From: Candidatus Heimdallarchaeota archaeon
GTDB lineage: Archaea > Asgardarchaeota > Heimdallarchaeia > Hodarchaeales > Hodarchaeaceae
DNA: 46,371 nt
Direction: 5' to 3'
Assembly: GCA_020353515.1 (NCBI GenBank)
Contig: CP070695.1
Span: forward strand, 47,485-93,855
The position numbers and the translations under genes were made by a program. Shown here piece after piece: positions 20,056 through 30,165 of the stretch. The notes beneath the pieces were generated by a model. It ran no database searches, was not told the DNA's origin, and saw nothing but the letters and a program-made list of their open reading frames with translations. Position 1 is the first letter of the stretch, and every line of letters begins with the position of its first letter.

Positions 20056-23000
20056 TTAAATATGTTTACCGCGCTTAATAGCTCTAAAAATATCCCCAGT
20101 TTGAGCATGTTGAATATTTTTCATTCTTCCCACACCAGGTCCTCTATACATTGGTTCTTGTTTATTTGGTTTTATTCTCTTTTTTATGTTGCCAGCGACA
20201 TCATCATAATCTATGTTAACTATCGGTGCAATTTCTGTGTCATAAATATATTTATGTGCTAAAAGTAATGCAGTATAACGGTCTTTTTTTAATCTACCCT
20301 TTTTAACACGTCCCTCAACTGTCCCCGGCTGTACTCCCCGTGGAGTATCAAATCTTTCTTTCCCAGTTGGGGTTTCACTCATATGGATAGTTGTCATTTC
20401 ATTTTTCAATTCTTCTATATTTAAAACATTATCTTCATAGGTATCAAATATAATACCAGAAGCTTTTTCTATTTCAATAGCAGAATACATTTTAACACTA
20501 TCGAATGCTGGAAATAATAAAGTACGTGTTTCAAGATTTTTATGCAATACAATATTTGCAATTCTATTAAATTCACTACTCTGTGCTATAAGATGTAATA
20601 TGTGACGACCATCCACAAGACCATCTGTTGGCTTAACAATATCCTGTTCTATAATTTCATAAATCGGAAAATCCCCATTAGATATATCCATCATTTTTTT
20701 ATTAGTTAACATTTCAGATATAGCATAGCCACCACCCTGACTGTCCATCTCAATACGCACAGGATTGAATAATTGAACTAATTCTCTAATTTTAGTACAA
20801 CAATATGCGTAATAATCCTCGCTAGTAATCAATCCCTGTTTTTTTCGTTTAGCAAATTCTGCCTTATTTACAGACCAACCATAAACGACCCTATAATGAT
20901 GTTGTCTAATTTCTACGATAATAATAGCAAAATTATCTCTTTCAGCAGCCGGATCAATACCCATTACATACTTACCATTTGGCATGCCTTTCATTAACGG
21001 GGTAAAAGTAACTTCACCATCTGGTGTCATAATTGGTTTATTTGGTCCAACAGTGCACGATTCTATTAAAGTTCTTGGATAAAATCCATCAGAATCACGA
21101 ACAAAAATGGCGCCATATTCCATTAAAAATAAGTTACGAGGCAAGGTAGCTTTGGCGTTAGCTAATTGTTTTGGTTCTAATAAACCATCAGGTAAATGGG
21201 TATATGGAATACGAATTACAGCATAATCTCTATAATCAAAATTATCTGGAATTAAATGTTCTCCACCAAAAATATTGGATATCTTTTCTATGTTTCCTTT
21301 ACTAGATACAATGTCTTTCCACATTTGATATCGTCTAGCAAAATGATTAAATGCATAATATGCCGTTCCAGAGTATATAATTTGATTACCCTTTGAAGAA
21401 TTAATGTCCAAAACTAATTTAGACATAACATCTTTCGGAATATTCATTTTTTTTAATTGTTTCTCAAAAGCAATCCTCTTAGCTTCTTCCACCGGGGTTT
21501 TGGAAGTAGAAGCAAAACCCCTAACAACAATATCAAAAACATCTTCAGGAATACTGGCAAATTCATCTGCAATAACAGTGTTGGCCCGAAACCCGCGTAT
21601 TTTTGTGTTATGACTATAAAAGCCATTGGCACAATATTCATGCCCATCTGGAATATGTACATCGAAAGTAACACATTCATCATCTTCTATGGAGATAATT
21701 TTATCATAATAAATATTAGGATCGGCAAGACGACGAATAGATTTAATGCGTGGATCATCTATTTCTCCATATACTCTAAGAAAATGATCTACAAGAACTC
21801 TACTAGCAGTAATTTTCTCCTTTAATCTGGCAGCACAAACTGGAACACAATTTCCAGTACCACGTTTTGCCCTGTAATTTTCCGCAATGTTAATCATATC
21901 CGGCAATATGTCTGGAATAGAATCATTCTGATTCATCCATCTCTTCTTTCGACCAATGCCTTCAAGTAATTTATCTTGTTTTCTTTTAAGTCTAAACCCT
22001 ATCTCTTTGGCAAAAACTAGAACATCGGTCCCAGTAATGGAAAGTTCATAGCATTCTTCCCATTTTTCATTTCTCTTTCGAGATTTAACATGCGAAACAA
22101 TACCATAATGAAGTAATATATATTGTAATTGTCTAACCAATTCTTTGCTGGTGTTGGTAAAACCAACCATTATTGTTGTACCACCATGTTTATCTTGAAC
22201 AACCCTTGTGTGACCATCTGTGTCAAAAAGACCAGAAATAAATGCAGATGTTACATTACGCGAAGAACTTAGAATGGTTGATGGAAATTGTTTGTCCTTA
22301 GTTTTTAGGTGATTTAAAGATATACCAAATCTATCGCATAAATCAACTTGATGCAATTTGCCCCTCATCACATATTTAGTTTTGTCCGATGGTATCTGTT
22401 TGAAATTTCCCAATATATTAACTGCTGATGATAATTCCAAGTCATTAGTTCTAAAGGTAGTTTCATAGGGTTGAGTAAAACTACCATCACCTATTAATAG
22501 CCCTATTGCATAAGCCTGTTCTTCGGTAATGTCGTTATTTCCATTATGCCATCTAATAGATTTGTCTAATAAAATTCTATCACCAATTTTTATTTCATCC
22601 ATTCTAGACCAAATTATATTACTATTTCTAACAATCTTTAATTTATGATTTGGTGTGGCATTAAATTCAAACCCATAATGCGTTTTGATTTTTTTTGTCT
22701 TTGATTTTCCATTGCAATAGGATTCATCACTCAATCTGAATTTACTATTTCCCCAAACTTTTTTGTATCTATTAATTATAGTTTTATTAGTCTGATTAGG
22801 CTTTTGATCATCAGATATTCTTCCAAATTTATCCTGATATGTAACACAAGTTAAAGCTTCACTGCACCCATCTCCCATCGGCAATGCATATATAATACTA
22901 TCACCCAATCTAAAATAACATAAATCAACATTTTGTCGTGGTCCAGCCTTTTTCCCTCCACCAACTATATTACGTAACATTCTAGAGTTATTCCAAATAT

Positions 23001-23412
23001 TTTCTATATAACCAAAAACTAATTTAGCTTGACGTAATCCAGCACCAACAATAACAACTTTGGTTCCAGGATCAAACATTGCTCTAAGAATAGCGTAAAC
23101 AGCTAGGATATAACTTTTACTTCCGCCACGAGATGCAATTAACATAGGAAACGGAGTTTTCCATAATGTTTGTAAAATAGCTATTTGAATAGGGAAAAGA
23201 TTTATTCCCAAAATAACCTTTGTTGTCCAGCCAATGTTATCAACATTAAGCATATGATTAATTACAGCTTCATCTAATGGAGTTTTTGATTGTTTAAAAT
23301 CTGTAAATATATGCTTATCTATATTTGGGACATATTCTCTATATGGAAATAAATGAATATATTTGCCCTGATCTCCATATAATAAATCATCTATTAATTT
23401 ACTATAATCCAA
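20056..23412 (-). CDS. terL: Terminase large subunit with intein
   Basis: Walker A-like ASRGGSKS, Walker B VIADEF, nuclease GIDPA and KKDRYTA; probable TTG start at 23412 after GAGGA (track start 23487). Confidence 0.9.
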   Translation of the reverse strand: MDYSKLIDDLLYGDQGKYIHLFPYREYVPNIDKHIFTDFKQSKTPLDEAVINHMLNVDNIGWTTKVILGINLFPIQIAILQTLWKTPFPMLIASRGGSKSYILAVYAILRAMFDPGTKVVIVGAGLRQAKLVFGYIENIWNNSRMLRNIVGGGKKAGPRQNVDLCYFRLGDSIIYALPMGDGCSEALTCVTYQDKFGRISDDQKPNQTNKTIINRYKKVWGNSKFRLSDESYCNGKSKTKKIKTHYGFEFNATPNHKLKIVRNSNIIWSRMDEIKIGDRILLDKSIRWHNGNNDITEEQAYAIGLLIGDGSFTQPYETTFRTNDLELSSAVNILGNFKQIPSDKTKYVMRGKLHQVDLCDRFGISLNHLKTKDKQFPSTILSSSRNVTSAFISGLFDTDGHTRVVQDKHGGTTIMVGFTNTSKELVRQLQYILLHYGIVSHVKSRKRNEKWEECYELSITGTDVLVFAKEIGFRLKRKQDKLLEGIGRKKRWMNQNDSIPDILPDMINIAENYRAKRGTGNCVPVCAARLKEKITASRVLVDHFLRVYGEIDDPRIKSIRRLADPNIYYDKIISIEDDECVTFDVHIPDGHEYCANGFYSHNTKIRGFRANTVIADEFASIPEDVFDIVVRGFASTSKTPVEEAKRIAFEKQLKKMNIPKDVMSKLVLDINSSKGNQIIYSGTAYYAFNHFARRYQMWKDIVSSKGNIEKISNIFGGEHLIPDNFDYRDYAVIRIPYTHLPDGLLEPKQLANAKATLPRNLFLMEYGAIFVRDSDGFYPRTLIESCTVGPNKPIMTPDGEVTFTPLMKGMPNGKYVMGIDPAAERDNFAIIIVEIRQHHYRVVYGWSVNKAEFAKRKKQGLITSEDYYAYCCTKIRELVQLFNPVRIEMDSQGGGYAISEMLTNKKMMDISNGDFPIYEIIEQDIVKPTDGLVDGRHILHLIAQSSEFNRIANIVLHKNLETRTLLFPAFDSVKMYSAIEIEKASGIIFDTYEDNVLNIEELKNEMTTIHMSETPTGKERFDTPRGVQPGTVEGRVKKGRLKKDRYTALLLAHKYIYDTEIAPIVNIDYDDVAGNIKKRIKPNKQEPMYRGPGVGRMKNIQHAQTGDIFRAIKRGKHI
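21607..22866 (-). mobile_element. Intein with LAGLIDADG homing endonuclease (420 aa)
   Basis: GDG|CSEALT ... YCANGFYSHN|TKIRG; blocks AIGLLIGDGS and FISGLFDTDG. Confidence 0.9.
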
Positions 23413-23947
23413 AATAATCCTCTTCCATTTTCTTTGAATATGATTTTTGAATCCAACGGCCCTTTTCTTTCCTAATAACCTCTTCAAATATCATTTGGGC
23501 AATTTTTTGTCCACACGATCCAACTGGAATGATATGCACACCGTATTTAACAGATAATGACATGAGCCATCTAATTAAAGATTTACCTGGCACATTCTTG
23601 GAAAATTGTGGTGGAGATAATTCCATAATATCTGGATTGAATGAAGATTCAATAATAACATACGAATATTTTATTTTGGACATTCTATCCATTTCTTCCT
23701 CAAACAATTGTCGCTTATTTTTACTATAATTTCCCCAAAGTTCAGAAAAACCAAATTTACGTTCTATGGCTAGAATATCTGTATAGCCAACAATACTATA
23801 ATCGCCAGTTTCAATAGTATCTATTATAGTACCCTTGCATCGAGGTGGACGATAATCTGGCGCATGTTCATTAAACCACCACCCATGTCCCTTTTGCTCC
23901 CTGGTATCACGAATAACTGTATAAGTCGGAAGTACAAGTCTAGGCAT
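23402..23947 (-). CDS. ERCC4/XPF-family nuclease
   Basis: DTREQ..GDYS..IERK catalytic pattern. Confidence 0.8.
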   Translation of the reverse strand: MPRLVLPTYTVIRDTREQKGHGWWFNEHAPDYRPPRCKGTIIDTIETGDYSIVGYTDILAIERKFGFSELWGNYSKNKRQLFEEEMDRMSKIKYSYVIIESSFNPDIMELSPPQFSKNVPGKSLIRWLMSLSVKYGVHIIPVGSCGQKIAQMIFEEVIRKEKGRWIQKSYSKKMEEDYFGL

Positions 23948-23966
23948 CGATTTTAACCCCCTTATT

Positions 23967-24989
23967 CTAATCTCGACATTTTATTAACTTTTCATAATCA
24001 TCTTGAACCATACAATCAATCATATCCGTAAAATGAATAGTTGGTTTCCATCCAAGAACCCTTTTAGCTTTACTTGAATCAGCACATAGTAAATTAATAT
24101 CCATTGGTCTATAAAATTTCTTATCAATAACAACATAATCTTTATAATCTAATCCAGCACTTCCAGCAAAGGCTATATCGAGAAAATTTTCAACAGAATG
24201 GGTTTTACCAGAGCCTAATACATAATCATCTGGTTTATTATATTGTAACATTAACCACATACCATAAACCATATCTTTCGCATGTGACCAATCTCTCTTA
24301 GTACCTATATTTCCAAGAAATAATGGTGGAACATCAACTCCTTTAGTTGGAAATCCATCATTTAAATCCATCCAATTCAAAAGCATGGCAACATACTTAG
24401 TGATTTTTTTAGTAACAAAATTTTCTCCCCTTCTAGGAGATTCATGATTAAATAAGATTCCAGCACAAGCAAAAACATTATATGCATTGCGATATAAATT
24501 AACTAACTGATGCGCATATAATTTTGATATAGCATATGGGGAATTTGGTTTCATTGGAGTAATTTCTGATTGCGATACAACATCGGTATTTCCGAACAAT
24601 TCTGACGTAGAAGCTTGATAAAATTTAGTTTTGGGAGATGTTTGACGTATTGCCTCTAATATATTCAATGGTCCAATAGCATTAACAGTGCAAGACACCA
24701 CAGGTTGTTTGAATGATGTTCCAACATGACTCATGGCAGCCAAATTATAAACTTCATTGGGTTTAATTCCAGATATTAATTCATAAATACATGCAGAGTC
24801 TGTTATATCACCTTCTATTAATTCAAAATTAGATTTATTTATCAGATGTGTGATTCTTTCTGTTGTGTTTACGGATGATCTTCTTATGAGACCATAAACT
24901 TTGTATCCCTTTTCTAATAGTAATTCAGAAAGATAACTTCCATCTTGACCAGTTGTTCCGGTAATCAATGCGGTTTTATTTATTTTCAT
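23967..24989 (-). CDS. gmd: GDP-mannose 4,6-dehydratase
   Basis: ALITGTTGQDGSYL, YNLAAMSHV, FYQASTSELFG, PYAISK, LFNHESPRRGENFVT; start MKINK at 24989. Confidence 0.95.
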   Translation of the reverse strand: MKINKTALITGTTGQDGSYLSELLLEKGYKVYGLIRRSSVNTTERITHLINKSNFELIEGDITDSACIYELISGIKPNEVYNLAAMSHVGTSFKQPVVSCTVNAIGPLNILEAIRQTSPKTKFYQASTSELFGNTDVVSQSEITPMKPNSPYAISKLYAHQLVNLYRNAYNVFACAGILFNHESPRRGENFVTKKITKYVAMLLNWMDLNDGFPTKGVDVPPLFLGNIGTKRDWSHAKDMVYGMWLMLQYNKPDDYVLGSGKTHSVENFLDIAFAGSAGLDYKDYVVIDKKFYRPMDINLLCADSSKAKRVLGWKPTIHFTDMIDCMVQDDYEKLIKCRD

Positions 24990-25179
24990 TTTTATTTTCC
25001 CCCCTATTTTGACCAACAATTCTTGCAATATTGTCGGGTAAATTTTCAACAATAGCATTAGCATCAATTGTAGTTAAATTGTCTATATCTGACATACAAC
25101 ATTTCTTATATTTTTTATTACTACCACATAGACATGGCCAATTACGACACCATTTTATTCTTTTCCTTTTGATTGGCAT
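24976..25179 (-). CDS. SEC-C motif protein
   Basis: RNWPCLCGSNKKYKKCC. Confidence 0.75.
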   Translation of the reverse strand: MPIKRKRIKWCRNWPCLCGSNKKYKKCCMSDIDNLTTIDANAIVENLPDNIARIVGQNRGENKNENK

Positions 25180-25216
25180 AGTAACTTCATTTATTTTTCT
25201 TTGAATATCACAGTGT

Positions 25217-26317
25217 TCAAAAGGTTTCATGTTCATATACAATATTCCTTTGCGATGCATTAATCCTACAATCAATTTCCCAACAATATCTAGTAATCAA
25301 TTTATGTTTATAATCTTCTATTAATTTAGAATAATTATTCATGTTAATTTGTTGAAATAAATTAATCAATCTATTAAAATATGTATGATAATTGGCAATA
25401 TATTCAATGCTATTTCTAATACGATCAAAACGATCCTGCGGATTATTCAACCATGCAGTAATCTGTTGTATATAATTAGTAGTGCTAGTGCTAACAAAAC
25501 AATGTTCTTTAAAATATTTTTTAGCCAATAAATTATCAGATATTTGAATACCGCCACATAATAAAATCGTAAATGATCTCTCATTTATAAAAGCTTGTAA
25601 TTCAATTTGTTTCTTAGTGTGAACATTCGGACAGATTATCGCAGTAGAATAAATATCGGCTAATTTATCAATATTAGTTCCCAATGATCCATTATACTTT
25701 AAACCAGCCATATGCCAAATATCGTCTCCAAAAGCATGATATGAATATCCTAATAAATCTAATCTTTTAAACAATGGCTCAATTAATTGTCTCATAATAT
25801 CTTGGCGATGACCAAAATTTGCTACCATAGCCACATCAACAATTGGAATATAAGAAAATGGAACAGCTTTGATTAAATTTCCAGCCCATGGAATGTGCTG
25901 AATATTAATACAATTCTTTAACCATATATCCATATATGAATCCCAAAGATGTGGTTCTATATTGGTATGTGTGACTAATAAATTAATTTTTTTTAAAATA
26001 TTTGGCTCATCAATATGGGCAAGCTCATATTGATTATCAATGCTAATTCTTTGAGAATTTAATGGTAAAATATTGACAAAAACTACAACATTATTTTTAT
26101 TAATAATATCAATTGGTAATTGGCGAATACCATAACGAGAAGATGTCATTATTAAGTTAACACCATATTCTACTATTAATTTTTCACAATTTAACTTATT
26201 TTGCGGATTGATCACATATACTTTCCATCCTAATTCTCTAAGAGCGTCAACATATCCATGTTGTACCATTAGCGATGTTGTTCCTGGACGTGGAATATAG
26301 AGTGCTGTTTTATTCAT
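25217..26317 (-). CDS. GT-B glycosyltransferase (CgeB-like)
   Basis: C-terminal NVH..INERSFTILLCGGIQISDN..HTYFNR motif. Confidence 0.65.
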   Translation of the reverse strand: MNKTALYIPRPGTTSLMVQHGYVDALRELGWKVYVINPQNKLNCEKLIVEYGVNLIMTSSRYGIRQLPIDIINKNNVVVFVNILPLNSQRISIDNQYELAHIDEPNILKKINLLVTHTNIEPHLWDSYMDIWLKNCINIQHIPWAGNLIKAVPFSYIPIVDVAMVANFGHRQDIMRQLIEPLFKRLDLLGYSYHAFGDDIWHMAGLKYNGSLGTNIDKLADIYSTAIICPNVHTKKQIELQAFINERSFTILLCGGIQISDNLLAKKYFKEHCFVSTSTTNYIQQITAWLNNPQDRFDRIRNSIEYIANYHTYFNRLINLFQQINMNNYSKLIEDYKHKLITRYCWEIDCRINASQRNIVYEHETF

Positions 26318-26321
26318 AAAT

Positions 26322-27221
26322 TTATTCTCCGAAATCCGTATTAGAATCCATAATAATATAGTCTACTGTGTCATCGGGAAATGTTACGGGTTTACGAAAT
26401 TCTTCTTTAACATCCTCTGCCGCAATTTTGATTAATTCAGCAAAGCGACCTTGTTTATTCCTCTCTTCTTGTGAATGTTGAAGTTTACTAACCAACTCAA
26501 AAAATGTTTCTTTACCACCACTAAGTTCTTCAATACGATCTTTACGAGTAGCAGCAAGGCTATTATATATTCTCTGTCTTTCTTTTACTAACGCATCATA
26601 ACGATCCTCCACTGCTTTCAAATATCTATATTTATCATCAAGCATTCTTTGTTGTGATATTCTAAATTGAATTTCTTCTTTTGATTGGTCATGCATTTTG
26701 GGATTATCTATAAACCATTGCTGTAGTATATTTATCTGTTTCTGTATATCACGTTTTAATATCAACTGTTGATTAATTAAAATTCTATGTTTTAAAAAAT
26801 CATCAATCTGCATAAATTCACTGATAACAATATCTTCAAATTGACAACATAATAAACCGAAATCTTCTAAATAAGTTTCCACTTCTTGTGGTTCAAATTG
26901 CCTGCAAATAGTTTTGTACATATGGGTTTGTTTAAATTGCCCCCTAAACCAATAGGCTTTTTCTGTTTCGGATAAACCATGGGGAGGGATATTTAATATA
27001 GAAATGTTAATATTTTCAGTATCTGTTGATTTTCCGGGAGTCTTAATAATACCCATAGCACGTCTTTGCCTACTAATTGTACCAATATTCCATTTATAGT
27101 CATATATCGTTACAAGTCGTTGTTGAATTTCTTTATCTGTTAAATTATCTTTAGTACATTCGGCAAGGGTCTTAAGGGCCTCTGGATTCATAGATAATCT
27201 TTTGTATTTTATTTTAGACAC
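26322..27221 (-). CDS. Putative terminase small subunit (N-terminal HTH plus coiled coil)
   Basis: TDKEIQQRL..WNIGTISRQRRAMGI HTH-like segment and long helical region; upstream of TerL in the same operon; probable GTG start at 27221. TerS identity is inference only. Confidence 0.35.
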   Translation of the reverse strand: MSKIKYKRLSMNPEALKTLAECTKDNLTDKEIQQRLVTIYDYKWNIGTISRQRRAMGIIKTPGKSTDTENINISILNIPPHGLSETEKAYWFRGQFKQTHMYKTICRQFEPQEVETYLEDFGLLCCQFEDIVISEFMQIDDFLKHRILINQQLILKRDIQKQINILQQWFIDNPKMHDQSKEEIQFRISQQRMLDDKYRYLKAVEDRYDALVKERQRIYNSLAATRKDRIEELSGGKETFFELVSKLQHSQEERNKQGRFAELIKIAAEDVKEEFRKPVTFPDDTVDYIIMDSNTDFGE

Positions 27222-27756
27222 TATTATCCTTTTTGTATAAAATACCACTAACAACCAGTCTAACATTATCTATCATTGAATTATCAATATCATTATTACC
27301 TATCAAATCCTCCATATATTTGCATAATTCACTCGGTATATTTGAAAATAAACAATCTATTGTTTCATCACAAATAATATTATCGATAGGATTAACATTA
27401 ACAGATGAGGAACCAAGCAATGTCCCTTCTGCCGTTGTTCTATTATCAATCAACGAAAGAGCATTAACCAAATTCATACGAGTCCTTGCAAGTCCGGAAG
27501 TCTGAATATTAAAACCGGGACGATAATATTTATCCCTTTTTAAATTCTTTAGTCTATTGGCAACATGTTTAACTAAATAATTCTCAAGGGGACCAATTTT
27601 ATCATCATAACGGTCTAAAGCATCTAAACACATATACCAAACTTCTTGTGCAATGTCTTCTTTATCGTAATAAGCAAATGCTCCGCGCTTACTACGAATA
27701 TCTGCTATTTTTTTAATAATCGGATATGCTTGTTCAAGAATATCGGAATTATCCAT
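27214..27756 (-). CDS. Sigma-70-like transcription factor (putative late sigma)
   Basis: Region-2-like DKEDIAQEVWYMCLDALDRYD..LENYLVKHVANRLKNLKR. Confidence 0.6.
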   Translation of the reverse strand: MDNSDILEQAYPIIKKIADIRSKRGAFAYYDKEDIAQEVWYMCLDALDRYDDKIGPLENYLVKHVANRLKNLKRDKYYRPGFNIQTSGLARTRMNLVNALSLIDNRTTAEGTLLGSSSVNVNPIDNIICDETIDCLFSNIPSELCKYMEDLIGNNDIDNSMIDNVRLVVSGILYKKDNSV

Positions 27757-27925
27757 CGCAACTCCAACTATTATCGTCACTGTCTTTCATTTTTGCTTCA
27801 ATAATAGTTTTGCCAACCCCATCATCTGGATCGGGAATATTTAGATCATTATCTATAGCTTCCTCAATCCCATCTGTTCCACGAGCAGTTAATCTACAAT
27901 AAACTTTAATTTTTTTATCATCCAT
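27749..27925 (-). CDS. Small acidic protein (58 aa)
   Basis: Below track cutoff: MDDKKIKVYCRLTARG...WSCDG; RBS GGGGTG; promoter motif at 27942-27951. Confidence 0.5.
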   Translation of the reverse strand: MDDKKIKVYCRLTARGTDGIEEAIDNDLNIPDPDDGVGKTIIEAKMKDSDDNSWSCDG

Positions 27926-28054
27926 TTAAATCACCCCACGATTTATACACAACTAAATTCAATAAATTGTTCCTTCCATAATTATAGAGAGGATAGTTTT
28001 AATAAAATGTTCCATTTTTTAGAATAATTTTTTCTGTTGAACATATAATATAGT

Positions 28055-28342
28055 GTGAGCAGGTTTGTGGTTAGAAAAAATACGTTCCCATATATTTATC
28101 AATGGTCAATCATAGATATTGCAAACAATTATATAATAGAGGGATATGCGACCCGACAAGAGGCACAAATGGCATGTGGATATTGTAATAAATATTATGA
28201 ATCACATCCAATTGACAATAAACCGCAATTTAAAGATATCTTAGAAATGTTAATAGTTCGTATGAAAAAACCAGATGGAGATTCTATACCAAATGATATT
28301 AAATATTACAATAAAAGAAGAATAATAATAAATAATGATTAA
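28055..28342 (+). CDS. Hypothetical protein
   Basis: First ORF of the plus-strand island; overlaps the MTase start. Confidence 0.5.
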   Translation: MSRFVVRKNTFPYIYQWSIIDIANNYIIEGYATRQEAQMACGYCNKYYESHPIDNKPQFKDILEMLIVRMKKPDGDSIPNDIKYYNKRRIIINND

Positions 28343-29048
28343 ATTAATAAATGCTAAATTTGAATCAATATATTTCCCTAGAGTAGAAAAAATATCCTTA
28401 ATAATCGCCGATCCCCCAGATAATATAAATTTGAAATATAATGATTTTTTGGACAATCAGCCAATTCAAGTATATACTGATCAATTAAATATGTGGCTTT
28501 ACAAAATGAAAAATATAACCAATGGTCCAATATTTTTCACATTCAATGAAAAATGGACATATATTGTAGAAAAAATAATTCATCAATTAAAAATACCATT
28601 AATACAGAGATTACAATGGTATTACTCGTTCGGACAAGATCAAACCAGCAAAAATAAATATGGTTTATGCTATCGCCCCATATATTGGTTAAATTCAGAT
28701 TATATGAAGCCAGAAGCTATAAAAATACCAAGTGCTAGACAAACAAAGTATAATGATAAAAGAGCAGCAAAAGGTGGGAAATTACCCCCCAATGTTTGGG
28801 AATTTTCTAGAATTTGCGGTACATTTAAGGAAAAAAGAAAATGGTGTCCAACGCAACTTCCGGAGAAATTAGTCGAAAGAATTATTAAGGGCCATTATCC
28901 AAATGAGGGATATGTTCTAGATCCATTTTTGGGAAGTGGAACAGTCCCAATTATATGTCAAAAATTAGGGATAAATTGTCTAGGTGTAGAAGTAAGTGAA
29001 CCAATAATAAGAGAAACATCAAAATATATTGGAGTAGATTATGAGTGA
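28335..29048 (+). CDS. DNA amino-methyltransferase (N6A/N4C, beta class)
   Basis: Motif IV DPPD near the N-terminus; PTQLPEKL..VLDPFLGSGT motif I near the C-terminus. Confidence 0.85.
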   Translation: MIKLINAKFESIYFPRVEKISLIIADPPDNINLKYNDFLDNQPIQVYTDQLNMWLYKMKNITNGPIFFTFNEKWTYIVEKIIHQLKIPLIQRLQWYYSFGQDQTSKNKYGLCYRPIYWLNSDYMKPEAIKIPSARQTKYNDKRAAKGGKLPPNVWEFSRICGTFKEKRKWCPTQLPEKLVERIIKGHYPNEGYVLDPFLGSGTVPIICQKLGINCLGVEVSEPIIRETSKYIGVDYE

Positions 29049-29391
29049 ATCACAAATTCGAAGTTTATTAAAAGATTGGAGTGACTTATTAGAAAATGGA
29101 GAAAAAAAAGCAAAAACAAAAGCTTCCGAATTAAAAGGTAGTTTATTAGGTAGAACCAAAAGAACAACTGGATCACCAATAATTTATGAACATAAAATTT
29201 ATTCTCAACAATCGAATATTCAAAAAAGATTATGTGAAGTTTTACCTAAATGGACAGATCTAATAATGTGTCAACCGACAATATTAATGGATGGTCATTC
29301 ATGGCCTCGCGGAGATTATATTGAATTATATTTTTCTCATTATAAATTAATTGTAGAAAAATTACAAAAAATTCTAAATCAAAAATCATGA
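29041..29391 (+). CDS. Hypothetical protein
   Basis: 116 aa, coupled to the MTase. Confidence 0.5.
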   Translation: MSESQIRSLLKDWSDLLENGEKKAKTKASELKGSLLGRTKRTTGSPIIYEHKIYSQQSNIQKRLCEVLPKWTDLIMCQPTILMDGHSWPRGDYIELYFSHYKLIVEKLQKILNQKS

Positions 29392-29463
29392 TAGAATCAG
29401 AACGATCATATATTTTTAAATTTAATAATTTAACACAAATATTAAGTTATTTAGGAATAATAA

Positions 29464-30165
29464 ATGAGTAATTATTCAAGAGAAGATATTGACAGATGGT
29501 TTGATTATTCATATTTACCATCAAAAAGATTAATCCATCTTGGATCACATGACGCAGAAATGGATAGTGGGGAGGGAGAATCTGGCACAGATTGTCAAAT
29601 GTCTGAATTTTTAATTAAAGCCATAGTTCATGCCAATAATATTTCAAGCAAACCTATCGTCATTCATATGAATAATATTGGCGGGGACTGGTATCATGGA
29701 ATGTCTGTATTTGATGCTATTAGAGCATCTCCTTCTCATGTTTATGGTATATGTTGGGGACATGCAATGAGTATGGGATCAATTATTATTCAAGCATGTG
29801 ATACTAGAATAGTTGCTCCACATTGTACTTTTATGATACATGATGGATTTGATTCATTATCTGGGACATGTAGAAGTGTTCAGGCATGGAGTAAATATTC
29901 TATTAAATTAAGAAAAAAGATGTATGAATTATATTTAAGTAGAATGATAAATGCAAAACCAAGGATGAATCTTAAGAAAATAGAAAAATTATGTTCTCAT
30001 GATACTTTATTTGCGGCAGAAGAAGCAGTTAAATATGGATTAGCTGATTGGATTCTTGAAACATTAGATGATCCATATAAATATTATGCTACAAATACTC
30101 AAAATGGTAAATGGCTGTCCGGAATGAAACCGGGTAAAAATGAACGTTATTACGATGATGAATAA
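29464..30165 (+). CDS. clpP: ClpP-like protease subunit
   Basis: MNNIGGD..G..VFDAI, AMSMGSII (Ser), FMIHD (His), AEEAVKYGLAD. Confidence 0.85.
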   Translation: MSNYSREDIDRWFDYSYLPSKRLIHLGSHDAEMDSGEGESGTDCQMSEFLIKAIVHANNISSKPIVIHMNNIGGDWYHGMSVFDAIRASPSHVYGICWGHAMSMGSIIIQACDTRIVAPHCTFMIHDGFDSLSGTCRSVQAWSKYSIKLRKKMYELYLSRMINAKPRMNLKKIEKLCSHDTLFAAEEAVKYGLADWILETLDDPYKYYATNTQNGKWLSGMKPGKNERYYDDE

